A DNA stretch of 40,000 nucleotides from Anabaena sp. CCY 9613 (GTDB taxonomy: Bacteria > Cyanobacteriota > Cyanobacteriia > Cyanobacteriales > Nostocaceae): NCBI RefSeq assembly GCF_963920895.1, contig NZ_CAWUDE010000012.1, positions 1 to 40,000 of the forward strand, read 5' to 3'. Under the pieces are notes generated by a model. That model had not been told where the DNA came from. It did not search any database and saw nothing but the letters and a program-made list of their open reading frames with translations. A program made the position numbers and the translations under genes. Below, piece by piece: positions 18,356 through 27,645 of this stretch (position 1 is its first letter; every line of letters starts with the position of its first letter).

Positions 18356-19822
18356 ATGAAAAGTGTATTTTTTATGGTAGTAAAAAGTTTAAGATTGAAA
18401 GCGTTTCTTGTACTCCCCTGGGTATTAAGCGGTGTTGGTGAAGTACAAAAAACGTCTTTAGCAACGGTTGTTCAGCCATCATCCAATTATGAAGCAATAG
18501 TAAAGAACAAACCTCAGATCATCAGTATGAATTCGGGAACAACATACTATGTCAGTGGTAGTGGCAACGACAACAATAACGGACGTTCGGCATCGTCTGC
18601 TTTTAGAACAATTCAAAAGGCAGCAAACCTGACTCAGCCAGGAGATACGGTACTGATCATGAACGGAGAGTACAAAAATTCGCACTCTGGCAACGTAGTA
18701 TATATTTCACGCTCTGGAAATGCAAATGCCTGGATTACTTATAAAGCGCATCCTGGACATTCACCGAAGATTAAACACAATGCTTGGCACGGAATTGAGA
18801 TTGATCGAGGCGCTTCTTATATCGAAATCAATGGGCTGGAAGTAGAAGGAAACAATGCCAATATCAGCCTTGATTATGCCAGAAGTCAAAGATATAACGG
18901 TGGCAACCCACTAACAAACGGCAATTGCATCACCCTAGATGGGCGCAAAAATGGTCGTTCGCGTCACATCCGCATTCTCAATAACAAGATACATAACTGC
19001 GGTGGTGGTGGTGTTTCAGTCATTCAATCTGACTACATAACAGTGGATGGCAACGAAATATTTAATAATGCCTGGTACTCTGTATATGCCAACAGCGGCA
19101 TTTCTATGTGGCAGAATTGGAATTCTGATAACAACACCACAGATTACAAGATGATTGTGACCAACAACAAGACTTACAACAATCGTCAGAACATTGAATG
19201 GTTAGCAGTTGGTAGAATCACTGATGGTAATGGCATCATTATCGATGACTCTAGAAATACTCAGAACGGCTCCAATTTGGGTAAATATCGAGGTCGCACT
19301 TTAGTTGCCAACAATGTTACATACAAAAATGGTGGTTCAGGTATTCATACTTATGAGAGTGATCACGTTGATATTGTCAACAATACTGCTGTTTTGAATA
19401 ACCAAAGTCCAGAACTCAGCGGTGGACAAATATTTGCTGCTGATTCATCTGATGTCAAAGTTTTGAACAACATTCTTTATGCTTTCCCTGGTAAGAGAAT
19501 GAATGGTAACTCCCGAAGTACTAACATCACGTACGACCACAATATCTACGCTAATAATGGCAACATAGTTGTGCGAGGGGCTAACGATATTATCGCTGAC
19601 CCGCAGTTTGTTAATCTATCGAAAAATGACTTTCAACTGAAGGCAAATAGTCCAGCTATCGACAAAGGTAGTACATGGAGTATTTTAAAAACTGATTTTG
19701 CTGGCAAACCTCGTCAATCGGGTACTAAATATGATATGGGGGCATACGAATATCAGCATTCAAGTACTCCCACTCATCCTACTACTCCAAATAACCCTAC
19801 ACCAGGTTGCCCTAGTAATTAA
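18356..19822 (+). CDS. Secreted right-handed parallel beta-helix protein (pectate-lyase-fold, DUF1565-like N-terminus), paralogue 1
   Basis: Signal-peptide-like N-terminus MKSVFFMVVKSLRLKAFLVLPWVLSGVG. The motif YYVSGSGNDNNNGRSASSAFRTIQKAANLTQPGDTVLIMNGEY is typical of DUF1565/beta-helix polysaccharide-active enzymes. It has N/G-rich repeating turns and a unique Pro/Thr tail HSSTPTHPTTPNNPTPGCPSN. The track start is TTG 18341, and ATG 18356 is preferred. Confidence 0.8.
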   Translation: MKSVFFMVVKSLRLKAFLVLPWVLSGVGEVQKTSLATVVQPSSNYEAIVKNKPQIISMNSGTTYYVSGSGNDNNNGRSASSAFRTIQKAANLTQPGDTVLIMNGEYKNSHSGNVVYISRSGNANAWITYKAHPGHSPKIKHNAWHGIEIDRGASYIEINGLEVEGNNANISLDYARSQRYNGGNPLTNGNCITLDGRKNGRSRHIRILNNKIHNCGGGGVSVIQSDYITVDGNEIFNNAWYSVYANSGISMWQNWNSDNNTTDYKMIVTNNKTYNNRQNIEWLAVGRITDGNGIIIDDSRNTQNGSNLGKYRGRTLVANNVTYKNGGSGIHTYESDHVDIVNNTAVLNNQSPELSGGQIFAADSSDVKVLNNILYAFPGKRMNGNSRSTNITYDHNIYANNGNIVVRGANDIIADPQFVNLSKNDFQLKANSPAIDKGSTWSILKTDFAGKPRQSGTKYDMGAYEYQHSSTPTHPTTPNNPTPGCPSN

Positions 19823-20046
19823 AATCAATAATATCCTGAAATGCTGATTTTTAGGATGTTACTAGTGGGGTTTTTGCTGCTTTTATTGGACATTTTCATA
19901 ATGCTCATTGCCAATTTATTCTACGGATGAATTACAGCAGGATCATGAATTTCTTATATGAAGTGATAGGATTACCAAAAAGTGCGATAATTCCACAGGA
20001 AGCCGCAAAAGCGCTTCTTTAAGGTAATCTTAGACACCAATTATTG

Positions 20047-21450
20047 ATGAAAATTCTGTTTCCACTAGGAATGAAAAGTTTGAGTTTGCGTGCATTTCTT
20101 GTACTTCCTTGGGTATTAGGTGTTATAGGTGCAGCACAAAAACCAACTTTAACAACCAGTAATCATCCGTTATCCAATCATCAAGAAAGGATAGAGGAAT
20201 CCAAGTTGATTAGTATGAATTCGGGAACAACATACTATGTCAGTGGTAGTGGCAACGACAACAATAACGGACGTTCGGCATCGTCTGCTTTTAGAACAAT
20301 TCAAAAGGCAGCAAACCTGACTCAGCCAGGAGATACGGTACTGATCATGAACGGAGAGTACAAAAATTCCAACTCTGGTCAAGTGGTATATATTTCACGC
20401 TCTGGAAATGCAAATGCCTGGATTACTTATAAAGCGCATCCTGGACATTCACCGAAGATTAAACACAATGCTTGGCACGGAATTGAGATTGATCGAGGCG
20501 CTTCTTATATCGAAATCAATGGGCTGGAAGTAGAAGGAAACAATGCCAATATCAGCCTTGATTATGCCAGAAGTCAAAGATATAACGGTGGCAACCCACT
20601 AACAAACGGCAATTGCATCACCCTAGATGGGCGCAAAAATGGTCGTTCGCGTCACATCCGCATTCTCAATAACAAGATACATAACTGCGGTGGTGGTGGT
20701 GTTTCAGTCATTCAATCTGACTACATAACAGTGGATGGCAACGAAATATTTAATAATGCCTGGTACTCTGTATATGCCAACAGCGGCATTTCTATGTGGC
20801 AGAATTGGAATTCTGATAACAACACCACAGATTACAAGATGATTGTGACCAACAACAAGACTTACAACAATCGTCAGAACATTGAATGGTTAGCAGTTGG
20901 TAGAATCACTGATGGTAATGGCATCATTATCGATGACTCCAGAAATACTCAGAACGGCTCCAATTTGGGTAGATATCGAGGTCGCACTTTAGTTGCCAAC
21001 AATGTCACATACAAAAATGGCGGTTCAGGCATTCATGCATTTTTAAGTGATAATGTCGATATTGTCAACAATACTGCTGTTTTGAATAACCAAAGCCCAG
21101 AACTCAGCGGTGGACAAATATTTGCCGCGGAGTCATCTGATGTCAAAATTTTGAACAATATTTTCTACGCTTTTCCTGGTAAGAGAATGAACGGTAACTC
21201 CAGAAGTTCCAACATCACTTACGACCACAATATCTACGCCAATAATGGCAACATCGTTGTGCAGGGAGATAATGATATTATCGCTGATCCGCAGTTTGTT
21301 AATCTATCGAACAATGATTTTCGACTTAAGGCGAATAGTCCAGCTATCGATAAAGGTACTAACTTTAGTGCCGTAAAAACTGATTTTGCTGGCAATCGTC
21401 GTCCGTCCGGTAAAGGATATGATATCGGGGCGTATGAATATGAAGACTAG
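20047..21450 (+). CDS. Secreted right-handed parallel beta-helix protein, paralogue 2
   Basis: Same architecture as 18356..19822, offset 1688 bp. It has a signal-like N-terminus MKILFPLGMKSLSLRAFLVLPWVLGVIG and lacks the Pro/Thr tail. The track start is TTG 20044, and the ATG is at 20047. Confidence 0.8.
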   Translation: MKILFPLGMKSLSLRAFLVLPWVLGVIGAAQKPTLTTSNHPLSNHQERIEESKLISMNSGTTYYVSGSGNDNNNGRSASSAFRTIQKAANLTQPGDTVLIMNGEYKNSNSGQVVYISRSGNANAWITYKAHPGHSPKIKHNAWHGIEIDRGASYIEINGLEVEGNNANISLDYARSQRYNGGNPLTNGNCITLDGRKNGRSRHIRILNNKIHNCGGGGVSVIQSDYITVDGNEIFNNAWYSVYANSGISMWQNWNSDNNTTDYKMIVTNNKTYNNRQNIEWLAVGRITDGNGIIIDDSRNTQNGSNLGRYRGRTLVANNVTYKNGGSGIHAFLSDNVDIVNNTAVLNNQSPELSGGQIFAAESSDVKILNNIFYAFPGKRMNGNSRSSNITYDHNIYANNGNIVVQGDNDIIADPQFVNLSNNDFRLKANSPAIDKGTNFSAVKTDFAGNRRPSGKGYDIGAYEYED

Positions 21451-21564
21451 GCACAATTAACCTATTGGTTGATCAAATTGCCCTTCGGCAAAGCTAATGC
21501 CTAAATTTACTGTTAGGCAAATAAAGCAACCTGATACTGATTCCTCATTTCTTTAGTAAAAGTT

Positions 21565-21703
21565 GATTTTTTGGCGTTGCTAAATTTAGGGATGAATCTT
21601 ATGGGGTGAATTTCTTAAACGCCCTAAAATACAAGGGACAGGCGAGAAACCCATCCCCAATAAAATTAAAATCATCCAGCAAATATGCAACGCCGATTTT
21701 TTT
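21565..21703. repeat. About 140-nt imperfect palindrome (MITE-like element or large bidirectional terminator)
   Basis: The left arm GATTTTTTGGCGTTGCTAAATTTAGGGATGA...GGGGTGAATTTC is partly complementary to the right arm GAAACCCATCCCC...TCATCCAGCAAATATGCAACGCCGATTTTTTT. It lies between convergent genes (stops at 21450 and 21741). Confidence 0.55.
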
Positions 21704-21740
21704 ACCCTTTCCCCTGAAAGACAAAAGGTTTTGACAAAAG

Positions 21741-23969
21741 TTAACGTTTTTGCAACGCCACATCTTTTTTGCTTAACTTTTCGTGAGGGAAGTATTCTTT
21801 TGCATGATAAAAATAACTGCTAGATTCGTTTTTCTCAATGATTCCATTGACAACTAAACCTAAAACGTTGTGATTGGCTCTGTCTAGCATCTCTTGGGCG
21901 GCAACAGCACTATTATAATCAATTACCTCTGGTCTAGATACTAACAACATCCCATCGGACATGCGATTTAAAGTTAAAGCGTCAGCCGCAAGCAGCAAAG
22001 GAGGAGCATCGATAATTACACAATCGTACTGTGATGCAAACTGTTGAATGAGTGATGCCATGTGCTTGGATTCTAGTAAAGCCAGTGGGTTAGGTGGTCT
22101 AACTCCAGCAGTTAAGACATCCAGGTGATCCATAACTGTATTCACAGCTGTGCGGAATTCAGCCTGTCCTACAAGTACCTCACTCAAACCTGCGGCATTT
22201 GTTAGTTCCCAAAGATGATGCTGAGAAGGCATTCGCATATCTGCATCAATTAATAAAACCTTTCGTCCTAGTTGAGCGATCGCAGCAGCCAAATTAGCGG
22301 AAACTGTAGACTTACCTTCTTTGGGAACTGCACTGGCGACTACAATTGTTTTCACATCCTTATCTGAACTGAGGAATTTCAGATTGGCTTGAATCATCCG
22401 GTACATTTCGCTAGTTAAAGAGTATGGCATATCTCTAACAGCAATCTCAGGGGTAATTGATTCTGGCTCACGATGACGGGAGTTAGCCTTACTCGGCAAC
22501 AAAGGAAGCATCCCTAACGGTGTATAGTTAAATACCTCTCTGACTTCCTTCGTTGTTTTGAGGGATTTATCTCTCAGTTCTAGGAAGAGAACGGCCGTAG
22601 TGGATAAAAATATCCCTGACATCAATCCCAAAGCCAAAACAATCAGTTTTTTCCCTGATGCTGGCTCTGTGGGAACTAAAGCCTGAGCAATAATCCGAGC
22701 ATTGGGTGTAGTTCTATTTTCTGCTACCTCTAATTGTTGAACTTTTTGCAACAAATTTTGATACGTAGTTTCTGCAACTGTAACTTTCCGTTCTAAATCC
22801 CGCTGAGTTTGTACTAATTGGGGTATGTTTCTCAAACGCTGCTCGTAGGTAGAGCGTGAATTGTACAAAGAAGCAACTCTCTGGCTCAGTCCAGAGCGCT
22901 GCACTTCTGATTGCAGCAAATTTTGGATCAAGTTTTGTCTGAGTTCTCCAATCTGTAATAGTCTGGGCGGAACATTGGCTTGATTACCAACAGTCTGGGC
23001 AATTTGCTGTTGTAAGAGGTTTTGTAAACTAGCTCTTCTGGCTACTAGTCCGACTACTACCGGGTTTTCATCTTGGAAACGACTACGCTCATTCGCCAAC
23101 TGTAGTTCCGTTTCTTGAAGTTGTGTCAGCACTCCCTGCACAGCCGGTGACTGACTCAGCGTACTCACAACGATCGCTTCCTGGGAATTTAGGGCAACTT
23201 TCTGCCGTAGTTCATTGGTTTGAGCATTTACCTCAGCTAATTGCGCCTGAACAGTATTAATCTCGTTATTAAGATTGCTAATAAGCCCAACAGATGTCCT
23301 TGTTTCTTCCGGTAAGTCTGCAATGTTGTACTTCTGTCTAAATATGCGTAACTCTTCTTCTGCCTTATTCAGAGCAGCTCGACTTTGAGGCAGCTGCTGA
23401 GACATAAAGTCACGAGTTGCTTCTGCCTCAGAACGATTGATGAGAATATCGTTTTGGAGATAGAGATCCATTATTGTGTTGATTACTGCTGCTGTTTCGT
23501 CAGGTTGACGACTGCTGTAGTTAATTTGCAACACATCTGTGCCACCAACAATTTTTAGATCTAGGGATCTCTCTAGCTCTTTTGCTTCTAGTGGTTCACC
23601 TTTGTCATTCTTGAGTTGTAATTTGTCTATTACCTGCTGCAAAAAAGAAGGAGAAGAAATTACTTGCATTTGAGTACTGATGGGATTTTGAGTAGAGATC
23701 AAAGATCTCAAATCACCTGCTTCTTGTCCTTCTGCTTGACTAGGCAACAAATTATTACCTACTGTTTTAAAAGAAGGCATCCGGAAGAAGAGTTTTCCTT
23801 CTGCCTCATACGAGGGCTTCATCAATGTTGTGGCTACAACACTTAGTCCAAATGTACCTGCCAAAATGAGTAAGACTAGTATCCAGCGCCGTTTCACTGT
23901 TAATAAGTAATGGCTCAAGTCTAAGTCAATAGACTCTTTAGATTCCACAAATTTTTCTGAATTTGACAT
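21741..23969 (-). CDS. wzc: Polysaccharide co-polymerase fused to a BY-type tyrosine autokinase (Wzc/GumC-like)
   Basis: It has an N-terminal TM helix, a long Q/L-rich coiled-coil periplasmic domain and a second TM. The C-terminal kinase has Walker A PKEGKST, Walker A' LLIDADMR and Walker B DCVIIDAPP, plus a short Tyr cluster SSYFYHAKEY. The track start is TTG 24002, and the ATG at 23969 (MSNSEKF) is preferred. Confidence 0.9.
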   Translation of the reverse strand: MSNSEKFVESKESIDLDLSHYLLTVKRRWILVLLILAGTFGLSVVATTLMKPSYEAEGKLFFRMPSFKTVGNNLLPSQAEGQEAGDLRSLISTQNPISTQMQVISSPSFLQQVIDKLQLKNDKGEPLEAKELERSLDLKIVGGTDVLQINYSSRQPDETAAVINTIMDLYLQNDILINRSEAEATRDFMSQQLPQSRAALNKAEEELRIFRQKYNIADLPEETRTSVGLISNLNNEINTVQAQLAEVNAQTNELRQKVALNSQEAIVVSTLSQSPAVQGVLTQLQETELQLANERSRFQDENPVVVGLVARRASLQNLLQQQIAQTVGNQANVPPRLLQIGELRQNLIQNLLQSEVQRSGLSQRVASLYNSRSTYEQRLRNIPQLVQTQRDLERKVTVAETTYQNLLQKVQQLEVAENRTTPNARIIAQALVPTEPASGKKLIVLALGLMSGIFLSTTAVLFLELRDKSLKTTKEVREVFNYTPLGMLPLLPSKANSRHREPESITPEIAVRDMPYSLTSEMYRMIQANLKFLSSDKDVKTIVVASAVPKEGKSTVSANLAAAIAQLGRKVLLIDADMRMPSQHHLWELTNAAGLSEVLVGQAEFRTAVNTVMDHLDVLTAGVRPPNPLALLESKHMASLIQQFASQYDCVIIDAPPLLLAADALTLNRMSDGMLLVSRPEVIDYNSAVAAQEMLDRANHNVLGLVVNGIIEKNESSSYFYHAKEYFPHEKLSKKDVALQKR

Positions 23970-24474
23970 AATTTTTCCTTTACAAGTAAGGGTTGGCAAC
24001 AAAAAAATTAGATTTTATTTAGAAGAGAATTTCAAGTAATACTGCAACCATAAATGCACTGATGGGACTTAACAATAGTGTTGACTAACTAGGTTGCAAA
24101 ATTGAGAATTTTTCGATGTGGGTATTTGCTTGACTTGTTTTGTTAATTGCTGCTTGTTTGTATTGCTGTATCTCAAAAAATATAAACAACAGAGGAAGGA
24201 GGAAGTATGAATAGGATCTTATCAGTCTTTGGTAGTATGATCAAGAGCATTAATAGAATCACATTCATTTCTAAATTTGCATCTGATGAGAGAATATTAT
24301 TGCAACTCGCTGCATGATAAATAATCCTTATTCTCAATATATGTCAATCATTTATTAATAATAAATTAATTTAGCATAAGTGCCTGATATCATCGTAAAA
24401 TACCTCCCCAGATATATTGCCTTCTTATCAATCAAATTCAAAGATTAACTTTCTTAACAAAGCAGAATATTCCC

Positions 24475-25245
24475 TTAGCGCTTTACTAATATTGCTTGAG
24501 TAATTCGTTGTTTGAACACACGATAAAAGAATAGTGGATTGCCTACAATATAACGTTTCCAAAGACGATTAGGCTCAACAATTAAGCGGGTTAACCACTC
24601 AAAACCATTATCAGTTAGCCAACGCGGCCCACGATATACAGATTCAGTATAGAAATCTAGACATGCTCCTAGAGGTAAAAACACACGCGTGTCAATTTTA
24701 TGGAAGTTATCTTGAATCCAGCGTTCCTGTAATGGCATACCAAAGCCGACATATAAAACATCTGGCTTAAATTTATTAATTTTCTCAATTACAGCTTCTT
24801 CTTCTGCTCCAGATTTTTCAAAATAACCGTGATGTCCTTCTATGCGTAAATTAGGAGCTATCTCCAGCAACTTGCTAATTGCTTTATCTGTTACGCCTGG
24901 TTTACCAGCCAGCAAAAATAAAGAAACATTCTGTTGCTCACAAGCTAACGCTAAAGTTTCTATATAATCAGGACAAGTCATACGATGTGCGGGTTCCATT
25001 TGGTAGCCCAAAATTTTTGCTCCCAGTGACACACCAAATCCATCGCAAAATACTAAATCAGCATTGTTTATAAAATTGCGATACCAAGGTAACTCACATG
25101 CAAAGTTGATTCCTCGCACATTGACATTAGCGATAGTTCTTTTTTGCTCGATTTTCCCACTGGCTACGATGTAACTTATTAAGTCATTTACTGTTAATGT
25201 ATGAAATCTTGTATCTAATATTTTTATTTCAGAAAATCTTTCCAT
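24475..25245 (-). CDS. WecG/TagA/CpsF-family glycosyltransferase (GT26)
   Basis: 256 aa, ATG start. The pattern NVNVRGINFA...ADLVFCDGFGVSLGAKILG...LFLLGGKPGV-like...DVLYVGFGMPLQERW is typical of the GT26 family. Confidence 0.88.
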   Translation of the reverse strand: MERFSEIKILDTRFHTLTVNDLISYIVASGKIEQKRTIANVNVRGINFACELPWYRNFINNADLVFCDGFGVSLGAKILGYQMEPAHRMTCPDYIETLALACEQQNVSLFLLAGKPGVTDKAISKLLEIAPNLRIEGHHGYFEKSGAEEEAVIEKINKFKPDVLYVGFGMPLQERWIQDNFHKIDTRVFLPLGACLDFYTESVYRGPRWLTDNGFEWLTRLIVEPNRLWKRYIVGNPLFFYRVFKQRITQAILVKR

Positions 25246-25276
25246 TTGGTACCTCTACAGCTTAAAAATATGTAAA

Positions 25277-26335
25277 TTAAATCATCACTGAATGATAAAT
25301 TTTGAACAAATGAATTAAATATTTATCTACATCAAAAGGTTGGATACTTTCTCTGGCGTTCTCACCTATTTCCTGCCTTAGCTCTTGATTTACAATCAAA
25401 CTCTGCATCGCTATTGATAATTCTTTAATATTCCCTGGTTTCACTAGTAACCCATTTTTATCAGGAATTACTAGCTCTGGAATACCTCCAACTGGTGTAG
25501 TAATCACAGGTAATCCCCAACTCATAGCTTCAAGTAGTGCCATTGGTAACCCTTCATTGTATGAAGGTAAAACAAAAACATCCGCTTTTTTCAAAAGTGC
25601 ATCTCTTTCTTGTTCATTTACCCAATCTAAAATAGTAATTTGGTTGCTTAAATTCAGATTTTTGACTAAATCTCTAGCTCTTTTACCATCTCCATCTCCC
25701 GCCATAGTCAACTCTGAATTTTGTCTTTGTTCATGAGGAATCGCCGCGAAAGCTTCAATTAAATCAAATGCTCCTTTGCGTTCACCAATTCGGCCTAAAA
25801 ACAAAAAATTGACTTTTTGAAAATTTGTTCTTGGCGGTACTTCTACCGGGAGTTTAACTGGGTTAGGTAATACAACTACCTGCTTTGGGTTTAAGCCTAG
25901 ATTATCGACGTAGAATTTTTTCCAACTATCTGATAAAACAATAAAACGTGTAGATTTACAAAATGCCCATCTTAATACTGCTTGGAATATTCTGGGTATC
26001 TTTGAGTAAAATACATGAAAATCAGCACTATGGGTGTGAAGAATGACTGGTTTTTGCAGTAACCAAGCAATTAAAGTAGTGATTGACTGGCGCCAAGCAC
26101 TACCTCGTTCTGAGACATGGATATGAACAATGTCAGCTTCTTGTTTTAATAGTTGCCAAAATAATAAGACTAAAGCTTGAAAAAATACTAATACTTTGAT
26201 GAGTGTAGATCCCTTGGGTAAAGTAGATATATGATGAATTTGCACCTCAGCAGGAGCTTGTTTAATTATTAGCTTTTCAACTGAAACTATTCCTCCTTGA
26301 TTTTTTAGGCTTTCTCCTAGCATTAAAATTCGCAT
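25277..26335 (-). CDS. Glycosyltransferase family 4 (GT-B, retaining)
   Basis: 352 aa with the C-terminal EX7E region PSYNEGLPMALLEAMSWGLPVITTPVGGIPELV. Confidence 0.88.
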   Translation of the reverse strand: MRILMLGESLKNQGGIVSVEKLIIKQAPAEVQIHHISTLPKGSTLIKVLVFFQALVLLFWQLLKQEADIVHIHVSERGSAWRQSITTLIAWLLQKPVILHTHSADFHVFYSKIPRIFQAVLRWAFCKSTRFIVLSDSWKKFYVDNLGLNPKQVVVLPNPVKLPVEVPPRTNFQKVNFLFLGRIGERKGAFDLIEAFAAIPHEQRQNSELTMAGDGDGKRARDLVKNLNLSNQITILDWVNEQERDALLKKADVFVLPSYNEGLPMALLEAMSWGLPVITTPVGGIPELVIPDKNGLLVKPGNIKELSIAMQSLIVNQELRQEIGENARESIQPFDVDKYLIHLFKIYHSVMI

Positions 26336-26392
26336 TCCATAAATCCTTAATTTATTATATTTATTGTTTCGATATCCCTCTTTTTGTCTATT

Positions 26393-27637
26393 TTAAGCTA
26401 TTAATTTTTCTTGATTTTTAGGAATTATGGGCAATGATAAAACCAAGGCAATGTAAAGTACCCAAACAATAGTGTTTGAGTCCAATAATGCGGATTCAGT
26501 CAAATTGAATGTGGCTATATAAGTAAGATGGATGGCCGGCAAAATATCTGCTGCTGTTTTACTACTACGTACCCAAGTAAATGCGTGGCGGCAACTACGC
26601 CAGAATCCTATAAAGAATAAAACTAATCCTAACAGGCCTAAATCCAGCCACAGTGCCAAAAACCCGTTGTGAGGATGAGTCGGTGTCCATCCGGCTGCTC
26701 GCCAAACATATGCCGATTCTCCATTAAAACCTTGCCAAAATCCACCGTAACCATAACCAAACCAAGGTTGTTGCCAAATCATTTCCATCACAAATGGCCA
26801 TAAATCTGCCCGACCAGTAAGTGTCGCATCTCTGCCAATTGAAGCAAATAAGACATCGGCATTATCACTCAACCAAAAAGAAAAAGCCTGACTAATGGTT
26901 ATCAACATCATTTGCGTTGGTATCATCACTATGTATGGCCAACGAAAAGTCCGAAAAACAAAAAATGCAAATACAAGGACGAAGAGATTGACAACAGATG
27001 AAGTTGAATCTGCAAGCACTAAAAGTAGGATTGATAAGCTCAACCCACCCCACATGAGCCAACTATGCTTTTTACTTTGATAAGCTAAAAGGAGAAAAAC
27101 GATCCCACTATTGACCATTTTTGCTCCCAGTCCATTTTTATGTATAAAGACTCCGCGCCACCTTCCTTGATGAATACCGCCCATGATCCCGTATGAGGGT
27201 AAAGCTATAGCAAAGATGAAACTCAATATTACAGCAATGCCAAATGTCCAACCCAACAACTGTAATTGCTGTTTTAAAGTATAACGAGAGGCTAAATAAA
27301 CTCCAAATAAACTGGAACCAATAAGTGTAAAACTGTCTTTAATTGTTGTACCAGGCTCAAAAGACCAAATAACTGAAACAGCCGCAAGAATGATTAAAGG
27401 AAAAAGCCAGCGGTCTTTACTAAAGACATAAAGAGTTTTTTTCCAACGCAAAACTAATAATACGAAGGTAACTACATAAATTAATAAATTAATTATTCTA
27501 ATTAATGAACTATCAAACTCAACAACTTCATTTTCTTGCATCCCTCCTGAGAGGATAAGAGTTAATATTGCCCCTGAATAAATCAGTAAGACAGTAACTG
27601 TAAATGCCTGTTCAGCAAAAAGTAAGAGCTTTTTCAT
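26393..27637 (-). CDS. wzy: O-antigen polymerase/ligase-family membrane protein (Wzy-type)
   Basis: About 10-12 TM segments and a Wzy_C-like loop (WTPTHPHNGFLALWLDLGLLGLVLF). The track start TTG 27649 overlaps the upstream stop (TTGA). The alternative ATG at 27637 is used here. Confidence 0.8.
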   Translation of the reverse strand: MKKLLLFAEQAFTVTVLLIYSGAILTLILSGGMQENEVVEFDSSLIRIINLLIYVVTFVLLVLRWKKTLYVFSKDRWLFPLIILAAVSVIWSFEPGTTIKDSFTLIGSSLFGVYLASRYTLKQQLQLLGWTFGIAVILSFIFAIALPSYGIMGGIHQGRWRGVFIHKNGLGAKMVNSGIVFLLLAYQSKKHSWLMWGGLSLSILLLVLADSTSSVVNLFVLVFAFFVFRTFRWPYIVMIPTQMMLITISQAFSFWLSDNADVLFASIGRDATLTGRADLWPFVMEMIWQQPWFGYGYGGFWQGFNGESAYVWRAAGWTPTHPHNGFLALWLDLGLLGLVLFFIGFWRSCRHAFTWVRSSKTAADILPAIHLTYIATFNLTESALLDSNTIVWVLYIALVLSLPIIPKNQEKLIA

Positions 27638-27645
27638 AAACTGAT

